Source of the DNA: an uncultured Aliiroseovarius sp.
GTDB taxonomy: Bacteria; Pseudomonadota; Alphaproteobacteria; Rhodobacterales; Rhodobacteraceae
DNA length: 64,000 bases
Direction: 5' to 3'
Assembly (NCBI GenBank): GCA_964550345.1
Contig: CAZJYZ010000009.1
Coordinates: 16,424-80,423 of the forward strand
The notes beneath the pieces are model-generated. The model had not been told where the DNA came from. It was given only the letters and a program-made list of their open reading frames with translations, and did not search any database. The stretch's first letter is position 1. Each line of letters begins with the position of its first letter. Positions 9,964 through 18,436 of this stretch are shown here, in pieces. The position numbers were made by a program, and so were the translations under genes.

Positions 9964-11535
9964 ATGAAAGTTAAGGACTATCTGAAGATTGAGAACGCGA
10001 CGAACGTTAGTCGCACAGAGGTTGGGCGGCTTGGAACCGCCGTAATATTTATCGTCGGTGTCATGGTATATACCGGCGCGACATTCTCCCATGTTGATCA
10101 ACTTTTTCTGCTGGTCGCGGCAGCCGTGATCGGTGCCTATATGGCCATAAATATTGGCGCCAATGACGTTGCCAACAATGTTGGGCCAGCGGTTGGATCA
10201 CTTGCGTTGTCCATGACCGGGGCAATCATAATTGCGATGATATTTGAGGCCGGAGGCGCGATTGTTGCCGGTGGTGACGTGGTAAAAACCGTCAAAAAGG
10301 GCATTATTGACCCGGCCGATGTGGCAGATCCCCAGACTTTTGTCTGGGTCATGATGGGGGCACTGACTGGCGCCGCTATCTGGCTGAATGCCGCGACCTG
10401 GCTGGGCGCACCGGTATCAACCACCCACTCGATTGTTGGTGGGGTAATGGGCGCGGGCATTGCTGCTGCCGGCTGGGACGTTGTGAACTGGGATGCGATG
10501 GGCAAAATCGCTATGAGCTGGGTGATCTCACCGGTTACCGGCGGCATTATCGCTGCATTGTTGCTTTATACCCTGAAACGCACGGTTTTCTTCAGGCCTG
10601 ACCCGATCGAGGCCGCCCGAAAGGTGGTACCGCTCATGATCTCGCTTATGATCTGGGCCTTTACCACCTATATCGCTCTGAAAGGTATCAAGAAACTTAT
10701 TAAGATCGACTTTACAACAGCCCTGCTGGCTGGATTGGTTGTGGCCTTGATAGGATACATCATCGTCAAGCCGATGATTGCCAGGGCCATCCCGAAACTT
10801 GAAAACAACCGCAACGGGGTAAACCGGTTGTTCACCATTCCGCTGATTTTTTCTGCAGCACTCCTGAGTTTTGCGCACGGTGCCAACGACGTCGCCAACG
10901 CCGTTGGCCCGCTTGCCGGCGTGGTTGACGTGCTGAGCGAAGGTGATGGCGGGGGTAAAGTCGCCATCCCGCTATGGGTTATGATCATTGGCGCCTTAGG
11001 TATCGCCATCGGGCTGGCTTTGTTTGGCCCCAAACTGATCCGTACGGTTGGCTCGGAGATTACCGAGCTTGACCGTTCCCGTGCGTTTTGTATTGCACTG
11101 GCTGCTGCCATTACGGTCATTATCGCCAGCCAGATGGGCATGCCGATCAGTTCAACACACGTAGCACTTGGCGCGGTCTTTGGCGTTGGGTTCCTACGTG
11201 AGTTTCTTGAAAAACGCATGGGTAAGGTGGTCGAAGACGTGCTACACCAGCATGAAGGTGAGCCTGACTTCTCGAAGGCTGAAAAGGTCCTGATGGAGTT
11301 TCGCAACGCCCCCCCGGAGGACAAGCAGCGGTTGTTGGAAGAAATGAAAAGAATGGGACCAGAGGCAGTGATCGACGCTGCTCAGCGCAAAGTGCTGCAA
11401 AAAGCCCTGAAACGGCAATTGGTTAAACGTTCCTCCCTGCTGAAAATCGTGTCAGCCTGGATCATCACCGTACCGGTTTCGGCCGTTATGGCAGCGATGT
11501 TCTACTTTGTGCTGCGCGGCATGCTTTTGCCATAG
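9964..11535 (+). CDS. Inorganic phosphate transporter, PiT (PHO4) family
   Basis: Two copies of the PiT signature (NIGANDVANNVGPAVGS and AHGANDVANAVGPLAG) in a polytopic membrane protein. Confidence 0.9.
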   Translation: MKVKDYLKIENATNVSRTEVGRLGTAVIFIVGVMVYTGATFSHVDQLFLLVAAAVIGAYMAINIGANDVANNVGPAVGSLALSMTGAIIIAMIFEAGGAIVAGGDVVKTVKKGIIDPADVADPQTFVWVMMGALTGAAIWLNAATWLGAPVSTTHSIVGGVMGAGIAAAGWDVVNWDAMGKIAMSWVISPVTGGIIAALLLYTLKRTVFFRPDPIEAARKVVPLMISLMIWAFTTYIALKGIKKLIKIDFTTALLAGLVVALIGYIIVKPMIARAIPKLENNRNGVNRLFTIPLIFSAALLSFAHGANDVANAVGPLAGVVDVLSEGDGGGKVAIPLWVMIIGALGIAIGLALFGPKLIRTVGSEITELDRSRAFCIALAAAITVIIASQMGMPISSTHVALGAVFGVGFLREFLEKRMGKVVEDVLHQHEGEPDFSKAEKVLMEFRNAPPEDKQRLLEEMKRMGPEAVIDAAQRKVLQKALKRQLVKRSSLLKIVSAWIITVPVSAVMAAMFYFVLRGMLLP

Positions 11536-11547
11536 GATCGCCTGACC

Positions 11548-13380
11548 ATGTTGAAAAAGTTCCTCCTGCCGGTTGTATTACTGAGCCTTAGCCTTGGCTT
11601 TTGGGCAAGTGCCGATTTTCAGGAAATCGCGGCAGGAGTAGCTATTTTCCTGTTTGGCATGCTGATGCTCGAGGACGGCTTCAAGTTGTTCTCGGGCGGA
11701 TTTCTGGAAAACATTCTGGAAAAGGCAACCGGAAGCATTCCCAAATCGCTGGGCTTTGGCATCCTCACGACAACGGTTATGCAGTCGAGCTCGCTGGTAT
11801 CTGTCATCACCATTTCGTTTCTAAGCGCCGGGTTAATTTCGCTTCTGGCTGGGGTGGGCATTATTTTCGGGGCCAATATAGGCACCACGACCGGGGCCTG
11901 GCTGGTGGCCGGTTTCGGGTTGAAGGTTAAAATCTCGGCCTATGCCCTGCCCATGCTGGCGCTGGCCATTGTGCTGGTTTTTCAGAAATCGAAATACCTG
12001 CGGGGGCTGGGGTTTGTTCTGGCCGGTCTGGGTTTTCTATTTCTTGGTATCCACCACATGAAAGAAGGCTTTGAGACCTTCAAAGATCAGTTTGACCTGA
12101 CCCGTTTTGCAATGACCGGTATCGCAGGCCTGATGGTCTATACCCTTGTCGGGGCAACAGCGACCGTCGTCATGCAATCAAGCCACGCCACGATGGTGCT
12201 GATCATCACCGGTCTGGCAGCCGGGCAAATTTCCTATGAGAACGCTCTGGCGCTGGCAATTGGTGCTAATATCGGCACCACGATTACCGCCATTATAGGC
12301 TCTCTGACGGCAAATTTTCAGGGCAAGCGACTGGCCCTGGCGCATTTGATTTTCAACCTGATCACGGCGGGTGTGGCGTTGGCCTTTATCACGCCGATAC
12401 GCATGTCGGTTGATTATATCAGCGCAGGTGTCGGCATTGCAGACAACGACTTTGCCCTGAAACTGGCCGTGTTTCATACCATTTTCAATGTACTTGGCGT
12501 CACGATCATGCTGCCTTTCCTGCACCGCCTGATCACCTTTCTGGAACATGCCATTGCGGAGCCGGAAGAAGATTTGAGCGAACCCAAATACCTGTCCGAG
12601 GCCGTTGACGAGTTTCCTCAGACCATCGAAATGGCCATGCGGCGCGAGGTTAAGCACCTTTATGACAATGCGGTTGAGCTGATCACACACGGTCTAAACC
12701 TGCACCGGCATGAGATTTTCGCTAGCAAAGACATTGCCGCAACTGTTGAGGCCAGCAAGACGCCGGTCAGCTTTGATATCGACGAGCGATATGAACAGCG
12801 CATAAAAACGCTCTATTCAGCCATAGTCGAGTTTGCCACCCGCATCGGTTCAAAAAATGTGCCCGAGGACATCATGGACGACATTTACGTGATGCGCGAT
12901 GTGTCCGGTCGCATTGTCAGGGCGGTGAAAGCGATCAAACACCTCAGACGCAATGCAACGCAATATACCGAAAGGCAGCAAGGGGTCGTAACAGAACTCT
13001 ACAATCAACTGCGGATTGAGATCGCGCGCATATTGGTGGAAATTCGCAAACTTGACGAGACTGACCCGGAGGATCGCTCCTCACTTTGGCTGGATCAGGA
13101 ACGAATTCAGGTGGAAAGTGATTCACAAAACACCAACAAACAAATCGAAACCCTGATCCGTGAACAAAAGCTGGACCCGGCCTCGGCCACATCGTTTCTG
13201 AACGACAGCGACTATGCCTATTCGGCGATGCGTGACCTTCTGGGGGCAGCGCGCGCCTATTACATCGAAACCGAAGACGCGATGGCTGAGGTTGAGCGTA
13301 TTCTGGCGCTTGAGGATGAGGAACTGCCCGAGATCATATCTGGCCAAAATGAAACCACCACAGAACAGGGGGCGCCATGA
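11548..13380 (+). CDS. Na+/phosphate cotransporter family protein (NptA/YjbB-like) with a C-terminal PhoU-like helical region
   Basis: N-terminal membrane half with duplicated Na/Pi-cotransporter repeats (MQSSSLVSVITISF / MQSSHATMVLIITGL). Soluble helical C-terminal half of about 250 aa. Confidence 0.8.
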   Translation: MLKKFLLPVVLLSLSLGFWASADFQEIAAGVAIFLFGMLMLEDGFKLFSGGFLENILEKATGSIPKSLGFGILTTTVMQSSSLVSVITISFLSAGLISLLAGVGIIFGANIGTTTGAWLVAGFGLKVKISAYALPMLALAIVLVFQKSKYLRGLGFVLAGLGFLFLGIHHMKEGFETFKDQFDLTRFAMTGIAGLMVYTLVGATATVVMQSSHATMVLIITGLAAGQISYENALALAIGANIGTTITAIIGSLTANFQGKRLALAHLIFNLITAGVALAFITPIRMSVDYISAGVGIADNDFALKLAVFHTIFNVLGVTIMLPFLHRLITFLEHAIAEPEEDLSEPKYLSEAVDEFPQTIEMAMRREVKHLYDNAVELITHGLNLHRHEIFASKDIAATVEASKTPVSFDIDERYEQRIKTLYSAIVEFATRIGSKNVPEDIMDDIYVMRDVSGRIVRAVKAIKHLRRNATQYTERQQGVVTELYNQLRIEIARILVEIRKLDETDPEDRSSLWLDQERIQVESDSQNTNKQIETLIREQKLDPASATSFLNDSDYAYSAMRDLLGAARAYYIETEDAMAEVERILALEDEELPEIISGQNETTTEQGAP

Positions 13381-13446
13381 CACCTGCTCTCCCACCAACA
13401 ATACCATCTTGTGCACCCGCACATATTGCCACCTGAGGAAGCTCTT

Positions 13447-13701
13447 ATGAAACTGGAAAAAAGCTCTGAAAAGCTCGACAAGTATTACGGCCGGCTCAAA
13501 AAGGGTAAGGCCCGCGAGATTAAGCCGTCACATGTTGAGAAAATCATCCGCAAGCTGAAAGATAAAAAGCTTTCATTGCTCGAAGACGTGGCCGAGACCG
13601 ACAAGGAAGAAAAGACAGCCCGGCTAGAACTCAAGCTTGATATTGTCAAGGAACAGATCGAGCGCGCTGAGTGGCTTCTGAGAGAGATTGACGGAAAATA
13701 G
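13447..13701 (+). CDS. Small, highly charged (K/E-rich) coiled-coil-like hypothetical protein
   Basis: ATG at 13447 preceded by GAGGAA. 84 aa (MKLEKSSEKLDKYYGRLKKGK...). No recognisable motif. Confidence 0.45.
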   Translation: MKLEKSSEKLDKYYGRLKKGKAREIKPSHVEKIIRKLKDKKLSLLEDVAETDKEEKTARLELKLDIVKEQIERAEWLLREIDGK

Positions 13702-13704
13702 GTG

Positions 13705-14025
13705 TCAGTTTTCTTCGATGGGAAGTTGCAGCGCGATCCCACCAAGTAACGCCGCCCATGACGCGCCGTGCAAGTCACGGTCGCGCACCGATCCCTGAAT
13801 TTCCGGGCGTGGGAAAGACAGTTTAATCACATTCAGCTCGGCGATCTCGAACCTTTTCACGTCTTGCATCCGCAACCCAAGGCGGCGCGCTACCAACCCC
13901 GTGGGCAAGCCATCGCAGATTTGCGAAAAGGCCGCATCGTTACCACAAAAAATATCGATGGTCAGCCAGAAGGGGCCGGCATTCTTGCTTCTGACTTTCT
14001 GCACTATCTGATCAAGTCTGACCAT
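13705..14025 (-). CDS. DUF4387-family protein (partner of AtuA-like proteins)
   Basis: VRSKNAGPFWLTIDIFC motif is typical of DUF4387. Overlaps the upstream DUF1446 gene by 14 nt. Confidence 0.7.
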   Translation of the reverse strand: MVRLDQIVQKVRSKNAGPFWLTIDIFCGNDAAFSQICDGLPTGLVARRLGLRMQDVKRFEIAELNVIKLSFPRPEIQGSVRDRDLHGASWAALLGGIALQLPIEEN

Positions 14026-15373
14026 GCTGGATCACCTCCAACTCAAACCCATCCATTGGGTCAGCCAACTCCATCACATGGTGCAGGCGAAAGGCATAGA
14101 CCGCCCCGCGCTCCATCTCGGGCGGTGAAAAGGGAAAAGCAAAGGTCGGCTGTTCCTCCTCTTTTGTCAGGGGGTGGTGCAACAGGTAGGGGTTCAGCAT
14201 TTTGGCAATTTCGGTCGCCGTAGCCTGATCCTGCGCCGTCGCGATTGCCAGCACACCGATTTCGATTGGGCAGCCAGTCTCAGTCTCCAGATCGCCGAAG
14301 CTGGCATTTTGCCCGATCAGGCGCAGCTCAATGCTGATTTCACCCTCCGTCAGCCCCATCCTTTCTTGCACTTTGGCACAGCACCTGGCTTCGATATCTG
14401 CAGCCCAAATAGCGGCATTTTCCACATAGGTCCTGTCGCGTAACAACACCATTAACACTGTTTGGAACCCGGAAATCCCGGCACCCTCCAGTTTCACCGA
14501 ATAATGTGAGGATGGCACCCATTTTGACCCAGTCACGCGAACCGATTTTTCGTCTATGGCCGTATAGGCCGCCCCGGTCACGTCCAGATGCCCGCCCGGT
14601 TCATAAAGGATAAAGGGGTCGCTGTTTTCGTAAAGCATATGCGCCGAAACCGTGTGCGGCGTGGCCATGGATCCTTCAGCCATGGGAGTAACCGTGAAGC
14701 CTTCGCGGTCAAAGTCGATGACGATCACCCCGGATTGCGGATTAGTGGCGCAGAGCGCCCCGCATTCCCCGACCTTCGCCCCATGCCATGCCCCACCGGC
14801 GTGACAGCCCTGCATAAGGGGCAGCGCTGCAATTATGCCTGCGTCCGAGGTGCGCCCGGCAATGACAATATCCGCGCCGGTCTCAAGCGCGGCACTGATC
14901 TGCTCGACCCCGGCAAGGGCAACAATATTGGCGCAGGCGTTGATGATCTCCACGCTGATTTCTGGCGCATTTGGCAGTGGATGAACGCGCCCCTGCCGCA
15001 ATGCCTCTATGACGCGCGCTGGCGGTTGCGAGGATTTGACCACAGCGACTTTCAGGCTCTGACCCAGTTCGTCAGCGATCTCACGGGTGATTTCCACCAG
15101 CCAGTCCACGGCATCATCTGCCCCGCAGGTGCCGGCTGTGCCGATCACCAACGGCACTCCGGCCTTTGCGCGCGCCAGCATCAGCCCGCGCCATTCGACT
15201 TTGGTAGAGGCGCGTGAATATTTCGACACACCACGACCCAGATAGGCGGGGCCTGAATCAGTCGAGCCTCCGTCGATAGCGATAATATCCGGCCTTAGCT
15301 TTAAGCCACGTTCCAGCGCTTCTTGGTCGTAGTTCAGACCAAGCGCACCTGAGGGGACCAGAACCCGCGTCAT
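14012..15373 (-). CDS. Acyclic-terpene-utilisation AtuA-family protein (DUF1446)
   Basis: N-terminus VLVPSGALGLNYDQEALERGLKLRPDIIAIDGGSTDSGPAYLG is typical of DUF1446. 453 aa. Confidence 0.75.
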   Translation of the reverse strand: MTRVLVPSGALGLNYDQEALERGLKLRPDIIAIDGGSTDSGPAYLGRGVSKYSRASTKVEWRGLMLARAKAGVPLVIGTAGTCGADDAVDWLVEITREIADELGQSLKVAVVKSSQPPARVIEALRQGRVHPLPNAPEISVEIINACANIVALAGVEQISAALETGADIVIAGRTSDAGIIAALPLMQGCHAGGAWHGAKVGECGALCATNPQSGVIVIDFDREGFTVTPMAEGSMATPHTVSAHMLYENSDPFILYEPGGHLDVTGAAYTAIDEKSVRVTGSKWVPSSHYSVKLEGAGISGFQTVLMVLLRDRTYVENAAIWAADIEARCCAKVQERMGLTEGEISIELRLIGQNASFGDLETETGCPIEIGVLAIATAQDQATATEIAKMLNPYLLHHPLTKEEEQPTFAFPFSPPEMERGAVYAFRLHHVMELADPMDGFELEVIQHGQT

Positions 15374-15374
15374 A

Positions 15375-16880
15375 TCAGTCGGTTATTCGCTGTGGCTTTT
15401 TAAGCAGTCCACGCAGGGACATCGGCGCGACGAACCCTGCAATTGCGGCAACCCACAGCCCGATCGAAATAGGTGATGACCAAAGATACAGCACCTCTCC
15501 GTCAGAAATCACCATCGCCCGGCGCAAGGCGTTCTCCATATGCCCGCCTAGAAGAATGCCCAATATGACCGGCACCGTAGGGATATCCAGCTTGCGCAGC
15601 ACATAGCCCAGCACACCGAACCCAATCATCAAAAGCAGGTCAAAATAACTGCCGGACAGGCTGTAAATACCTACGAACGAGATCATGGTTACACCGGGCA
15701 ACAATAGCCACGGCGGCACCATCAGAACTTTCACGAATATTTTCACCATGGGCACATTCATCAAGAGCAGCACCACGTTAGCGATTAGAAGCGAAGCAAT
15801 GAGGCCCCAGACCAGCTCGGGCCGTTCTGTGAACAGCGTTGGTCCCGGGGTGATATTCAGCGTCATCAGTAATGCCAGCAGCACCGCCGTCGTGCCTGAA
15901 CCCGGCACGCCAAGGGTCAGCATTGGCACCAAAGCTCCACCTGCGGCGGCGTTGTTGCCAGCCTCAGGGGCCGCAACGCCCTTGGGCACCCCAGTACCAA
16001 ACCCGCCCTTTTCGCCAACTACGGATTTTTCAGACATATAGGCAAGGAATGATCCCAGAGAGGCCCCCGCACCGGGCAGGATGCCGGCGATGAACCCAAC
16101 CACGGAAGCGCGCAGCATTGTCCAGCGCGTGCTGATGATATCTGCCCAAGGGATGCGCACCTTGTCGAGCTTCACGCCAATGGACGAGCTTTTACCGTGG
16201 CTTTCAATGAAGAAAAACACCTCGGCCACCGCAAAAAGGCCGACGATGGCAACCAGAAAATCAACCCCGTCATAAAGATGTAACGAGCCACCGGTCAGCC
16301 GCGGCAGACCGCTGGAATTGTCCACACCGATCATGGCAATCCCCAGCCCAATACAAGCCGCCAGCGCCGACTTGGCCTGATTGTTCGAGGCCATACCGCC
16401 AAGGGTGGTAAAGGCCAGCAGGTACAAGGCAAAATACTCAGCCGGGCCAAATACATAGGCCACACGCGCCAATATCGGCGCCAGAAACATCAGCCCGATC
16501 GTGGCAAACATCGCGCCGTAAAAGGACGCGACACCGGACAATACCAGCGCGTCACCTGCCCGCCCGGCCTTGGCCATAGGGTAGCCGTCCAGCGTGGTCA
16601 TCAACGCCGGTTCATCCCCAGGTATATTCAGCAGGATGGAGCTTATGCGCCCACCGTACATTGCCCCATAGTAAACGGCGGTCATCAAGACCAGCGCCGA
16701 GGTGGCATCAAGCCCCAAAGAAAACGTGATAGGGATCAGGATGGCGACCCCGTTTGACGGCCCAAGGCCGGGTAATGCCCCGATAATGGTGCCGATAAAA
16801 CAGCCAACAACCGCCAACATAAGCGTATAGGGCGATAGGGCGACGGAAAAACCCAGGGCGAGATTACTTAGAACATCCAT
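15375..16880 (-). CDS. tctA: Tripartite tricarboxylate transporter large permease TctA
   Basis: 501-aa polytopic protein. The GALPGLGPSNGVAILIPITF and GILPGAGASLGSF motifs are typical of TctA. Confidence 0.9.
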   Translation of the reverse strand: MDVLSNLALGFSVALSPYTLMLAVVGCFIGTIIGALPGLGPSNGVAILIPITFSLGLDATSALVLMTAVYYGAMYGGRISSILLNIPGDEPALMTTLDGYPMAKAGRAGDALVLSGVASFYGAMFATIGLMFLAPILARVAYVFGPAEYFALYLLAFTTLGGMASNNQAKSALAACIGLGIAMIGVDNSSGLPRLTGGSLHLYDGVDFLVAIVGLFAVAEVFFFIESHGKSSSIGVKLDKVRIPWADIISTRWTMLRASVVGFIAGILPGAGASLGSFLAYMSEKSVVGEKGGFGTGVPKGVAAPEAGNNAAAGGALVPMLTLGVPGSGTTAVLLALLMTLNITPGPTLFTERPELVWGLIASLLIANVVLLLMNVPMVKIFVKVLMVPPWLLLPGVTMISFVGIYSLSGSYFDLLLMIGFGVLGYVLRKLDIPTVPVILGILLGGHMENALRRAMVISDGEVLYLWSSPISIGLWVAAIAGFVAPMSLRGLLKKPQRITD

Positions 16881-16889
16881 TTCTTGACC

Positions 16890-17330
16890 CTACCCCATCA
16901 TGCCTTTGGGAAAGGGTACCAACCCCAGATCCAACGCATATTTAAACAGAAGGAACAGACCAACCGACAGGCAGATACCGGCCAAGCCAGCATTTCGCAC
17001 ATTGGGGCTGATTTGATAACTTAGAATGGCCGCGGCAATGGCTGTTGGCACTAAAAACCCCAGAGGTTTCAAGGCATAAGCGTAGCCCACCAAAACGATT
17101 ACCGAGACTAAAAGCGCGCCGAAAGTGCGCAGGCCCGGCCATTCGGGTTCAGGATCCGGGCGCAGCACCATGAACATGGCGCAGATCGCTGCCACGCTGC
17201 CAATCAGGATCGGAAAGGTTTTTGGCCCAACCGGATCCGACAAAAAACTGGTCTGAATTTGCGTGGCGCTCGCGATATATGCGAGCGCCACAAGTGTCAC
17301 GACCAGACCAAAAATCCGGTCAGAAGCCAT
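16890..17330 (-). CDS. tctB: Tripartite tricarboxylate transporter small subunit TctB
   Basis: 146-aa protein with 4 transmembrane segments, lying between tctC and tctA. Confidence 0.8.
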   Translation of the reverse strand: MASDRIFGLVVTLVALAYIASATQIQTSFLSDPVGPKTFPILIGSVAAICAMFMVLRPDPEPEWPGLRTFGALLVSVIVLVGYAYALKPLGFLVPTAIAAAILSYQISPNVRNAGLAGICLSVGLFLLFKYALDLGLVPFPKGMMG

Positions 17331-18298
17331 TATTGGATAACCCCGATATCTTTCGACATCTGGCGAATTTCGACAATCAGATTGTCGATATAGCCCTGGA
17401 AGTCATCCCCAACCATGGTGAACGGTGCCAGCCCGTTGGCGGCCATTGCTTCGGCCCATTCAGCACTGTCAGCCACCTGTTGCAAACGGCCTGCCCACAT
17501 CTGGAACGTCTCATCAGAAACGCCGCGCGGAATGTAAAGACCGCGCCAGTTACCTGCAACCACGTCATAGCCTTGCTCAATCGCAGTTGGAATGTCCTCA
17601 AAACCGGGCACCCGCTCTTCTGTCAACACGGCCAAAGCCCGCACTTCGCCCGCCGCCAGGAAGCCCACGATTTCCGACATGTCGCCCGTCATCGCCTGGG
17701 TAAAGCCACCGATCGTCTGGGTGATCGCGTCAGCACCACCATCAACCCCGATATATTTCACGGTTGTGATATCGGTCAGACCCGCACGCTGCAGCAGCAT
17801 CAGGGGTTTCATATGGTCAAAACCACCCACGGCCGAACCACCGGCAAAGGTCACGGATTTCGGATCGGCAACTGTCGCGTTCAGAAGATCGGCAAGTGTC
17901 TGGTGCGGGCTGTCCGCCGCCACCACGATCACGCCCGGGTCAATCCCGATGGCGCCAACAAAACGCACCTGATCAGCTGTCATCCCCGCATAGGCGTTTT
18001 GTGCCAGACGGGTCGAGGTTGCAGACGATGCGGCCACCATCAGGTCGGCGTCTTCATTGCGGTCCGAGACCACGTGGGTGAATGCAAGCCCACCACCGCC
18101 GCCTGCCATGTTGGTAACTTGTACCGGTGCGTCGACCGCGCCGATGTCAAACATGATTTTACCAATCTGGCGACAGGTAAAATCCCATCCGCCACCAGGG
18201 TTCGCCGGCGCGATACACTCGGCAGCAGAGGCGCTACTGGTCGCTCCGACACCTAGTACCAGACTTGTAGCAATAGCCTTTATAAGACGTGAATTCAT
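17330..18298 (-). CDS. tctC: Tripartite tricarboxylate transporter substrate-binding protein TctC (Bug family)
   Basis: Signal peptide MNSRLIKAIATSLVLGVGATSSASA. About 320 aa. Operon position ahead of tctB and tctA. Confidence 0.85.
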   Translation of the reverse strand: MNSRLIKAIATSLVLGVGATSSASAAECIAPANPGGGWDFTCRQIGKIMFDIGAVDAPVQVTNMAGGGGGLAFTHVVSDRNEDADLMVAASSATSTRLAQNAYAGMTADQVRFVGAIGIDPGVIVVAADSPHQTLADLLNATVADPKSVTFAGGSAVGGFDHMKPLMLLQRAGLTDITTVKYIGVDGGADAITQTIGGFTQAMTGDMSEIVGFLAAGEVRALAVLTEERVPGFEDIPTAIEQGYDVVAGNWRGLYIPRGVSDETFQMWAGRLQQVADSAEWAEAMAANGLAPFTMVGDDFQGYIDNLIVEIRQMSKDIGVIQ

Positions 18299-18436
18299 AA
18301 AATTCTCCCAAGTTTTTTTATGTTTTATGCGCGTCGTTGGACTTGCACATCCGACTAATCAGAGACGCAAAGAGCTGTGAGTCAATATTTTTTTGTTATC
18401 GTTATCGCTTTAAGCGGGTGCTGGCACGGATTATTC

